Source: Candidatus Nealsonbacteria bacterium
GTDB lineage: Bacteria > Patescibacteriota > Minisyncoccia > Minisyncoccales > JAGGXC01
Length of the DNA: 54,827 nt
Reading direction: 5' to 3'
Assembly (NCBI GenBank): GCA_026396195.1
Contig: JAPLXH010000001.1
Span: 1-54,827, forward strand
The notes under the pieces are model-generated. The model did no database searches. It had not been told where the DNA came from and worked only from the letters and a program-made list of their open reading frames with translations. Shown here piece after piece: positions 54,409 through 54,827 of the stretch (position 1 is its first letter; each line of letters starts with the position of its first letter). A program made the position numbers and the translations under genes.

Positions 54409-54762
54409 TTATTTATAATTTTTTATTTTAACAACAATATATTTGATTCCTTTTTTTTTGGTTGACAATTTATGAAACATTCTGCTCGGAATATAAACCA
54501 AATCGCCTTGCCTTATTTTTAATTTCTTTTTCCGATTAATCAATAAATTGCCCTCGCCTTCAATTACACATAAAAAATCATCTTCTTTCTCGTGGACTTC
54601 TTCTTTGCCCTCGAATCCGGGGAAAAAATCCATGAAAAAAATAATGGGAATTTTTTTAAACACCAAAGAAGACCTGTCTCCTTTATTAAGCCGATCCAAC
54701 CGATTAAATGTTTCTTTTATCTTCTCGGGTTTAATGATAAATTGTAATTTTTTGCTTTTCAT
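54409..54762 (-). CDS. cupin domain protein
   Basis: HEKEDDFLCVIEGEG...GDLVYIPSRMFH is a two-motif cupin pattern. Confidence 0.6.
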   Translation of the reverse strand: MKSKKLQFIIKPEKIKETFNRLDRLNKGDRSSLVFKKIPIIFFMDFFPGFEGKEEVHEKEDDFLCVIEGEGNLLINRKKKLKIRQGDLVYIPSRMFHKLSTKKKGIKYIVVKIKNYK

Positions 54763-54827
54763 AATTAATTACTGAAATCATGCCCTTGTTGATTTTTTAT
54801 TTTTTAATTGTTTTTGTCCAATGACCC

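Noticed and set aside
1-54827. The many plus-strand ORFs of 60-110 aa in the track (for example 2109-2351, 3335-3601, 22971-23270, 29536-29868, 34640-34969)
   Set aside because: All are antisense shadows inside longer minus-strand genes with clear motifs. Long antisense ORFs are expected by chance in AT-rich coding sequence.

Overview
This is an AT-rich, gene-dense window in which every convincing protein gene lies on the minus strand. The gene content points to a small-genome Patescibacteria/CPR-like bacterium; this is an inference, not a search result. The signals are a sigma-region-4/HARE-HTH protein, an O-antigen-ligase-TPR fusion, split transketolases and a membrane-protein plus VirD4-like ATPase pair. 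The standard genetic code is in use: UGA acts as a stop, and prfB carries the classic +1 frameshift at CTT TGA C.

The window divides into three zones.

(i) 1-6.3 kb is an accessory region next to tRNA-Gln. It is built from short, unrelated transcription units. Each sits behind a near-identical junction of hairpin, T-run and TTGACA-N16-18-TATAAT promoter. GC-rich palindromic elements and a 24-nt copy of the tRNA-Gln 3' end are interleaved. No recombinase is visible.

(ii) 6.4-26.7 kb is housekeeping. It holds ftsX, ftsE, prfB, tRNA-Thr, tRNA-Gly, a divIC-like gene, murJ, rnpB, rnhA, a DHH phosphoesterase, pgk, secD, secF, secA, hpf and murB. It also holds a membrane-protein/VirD4-like ATPase pair whose ATPase is interrupted by one in-frame TAA.

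(iii) 27-54.8 kb is a very large surface-glycan locus. It combines nucleotide-heptose genes, NeuB/NeuC and a PglF/DegT pair with three radical SAM enzymes (two of them B12-binding), two split transketolase-like pairs and a putative cobalamin-scavenging pair.

The most interesting candidates are:
- the promoter-bearing cassette array at tRNA-Gln;
- a compact structured-RNA locus (two adjacent terminator-ended RNAs, or one pseudoknotted leader) between the wzy-like gene and murB;
- the radical-SAM/TPP-decorated heptose/nonulosonate cluster, including a B12-rSAM gene flanked by direct repeats of roughly 90 nt.

All functional calls come from motif reading by eye. No database searches were run.
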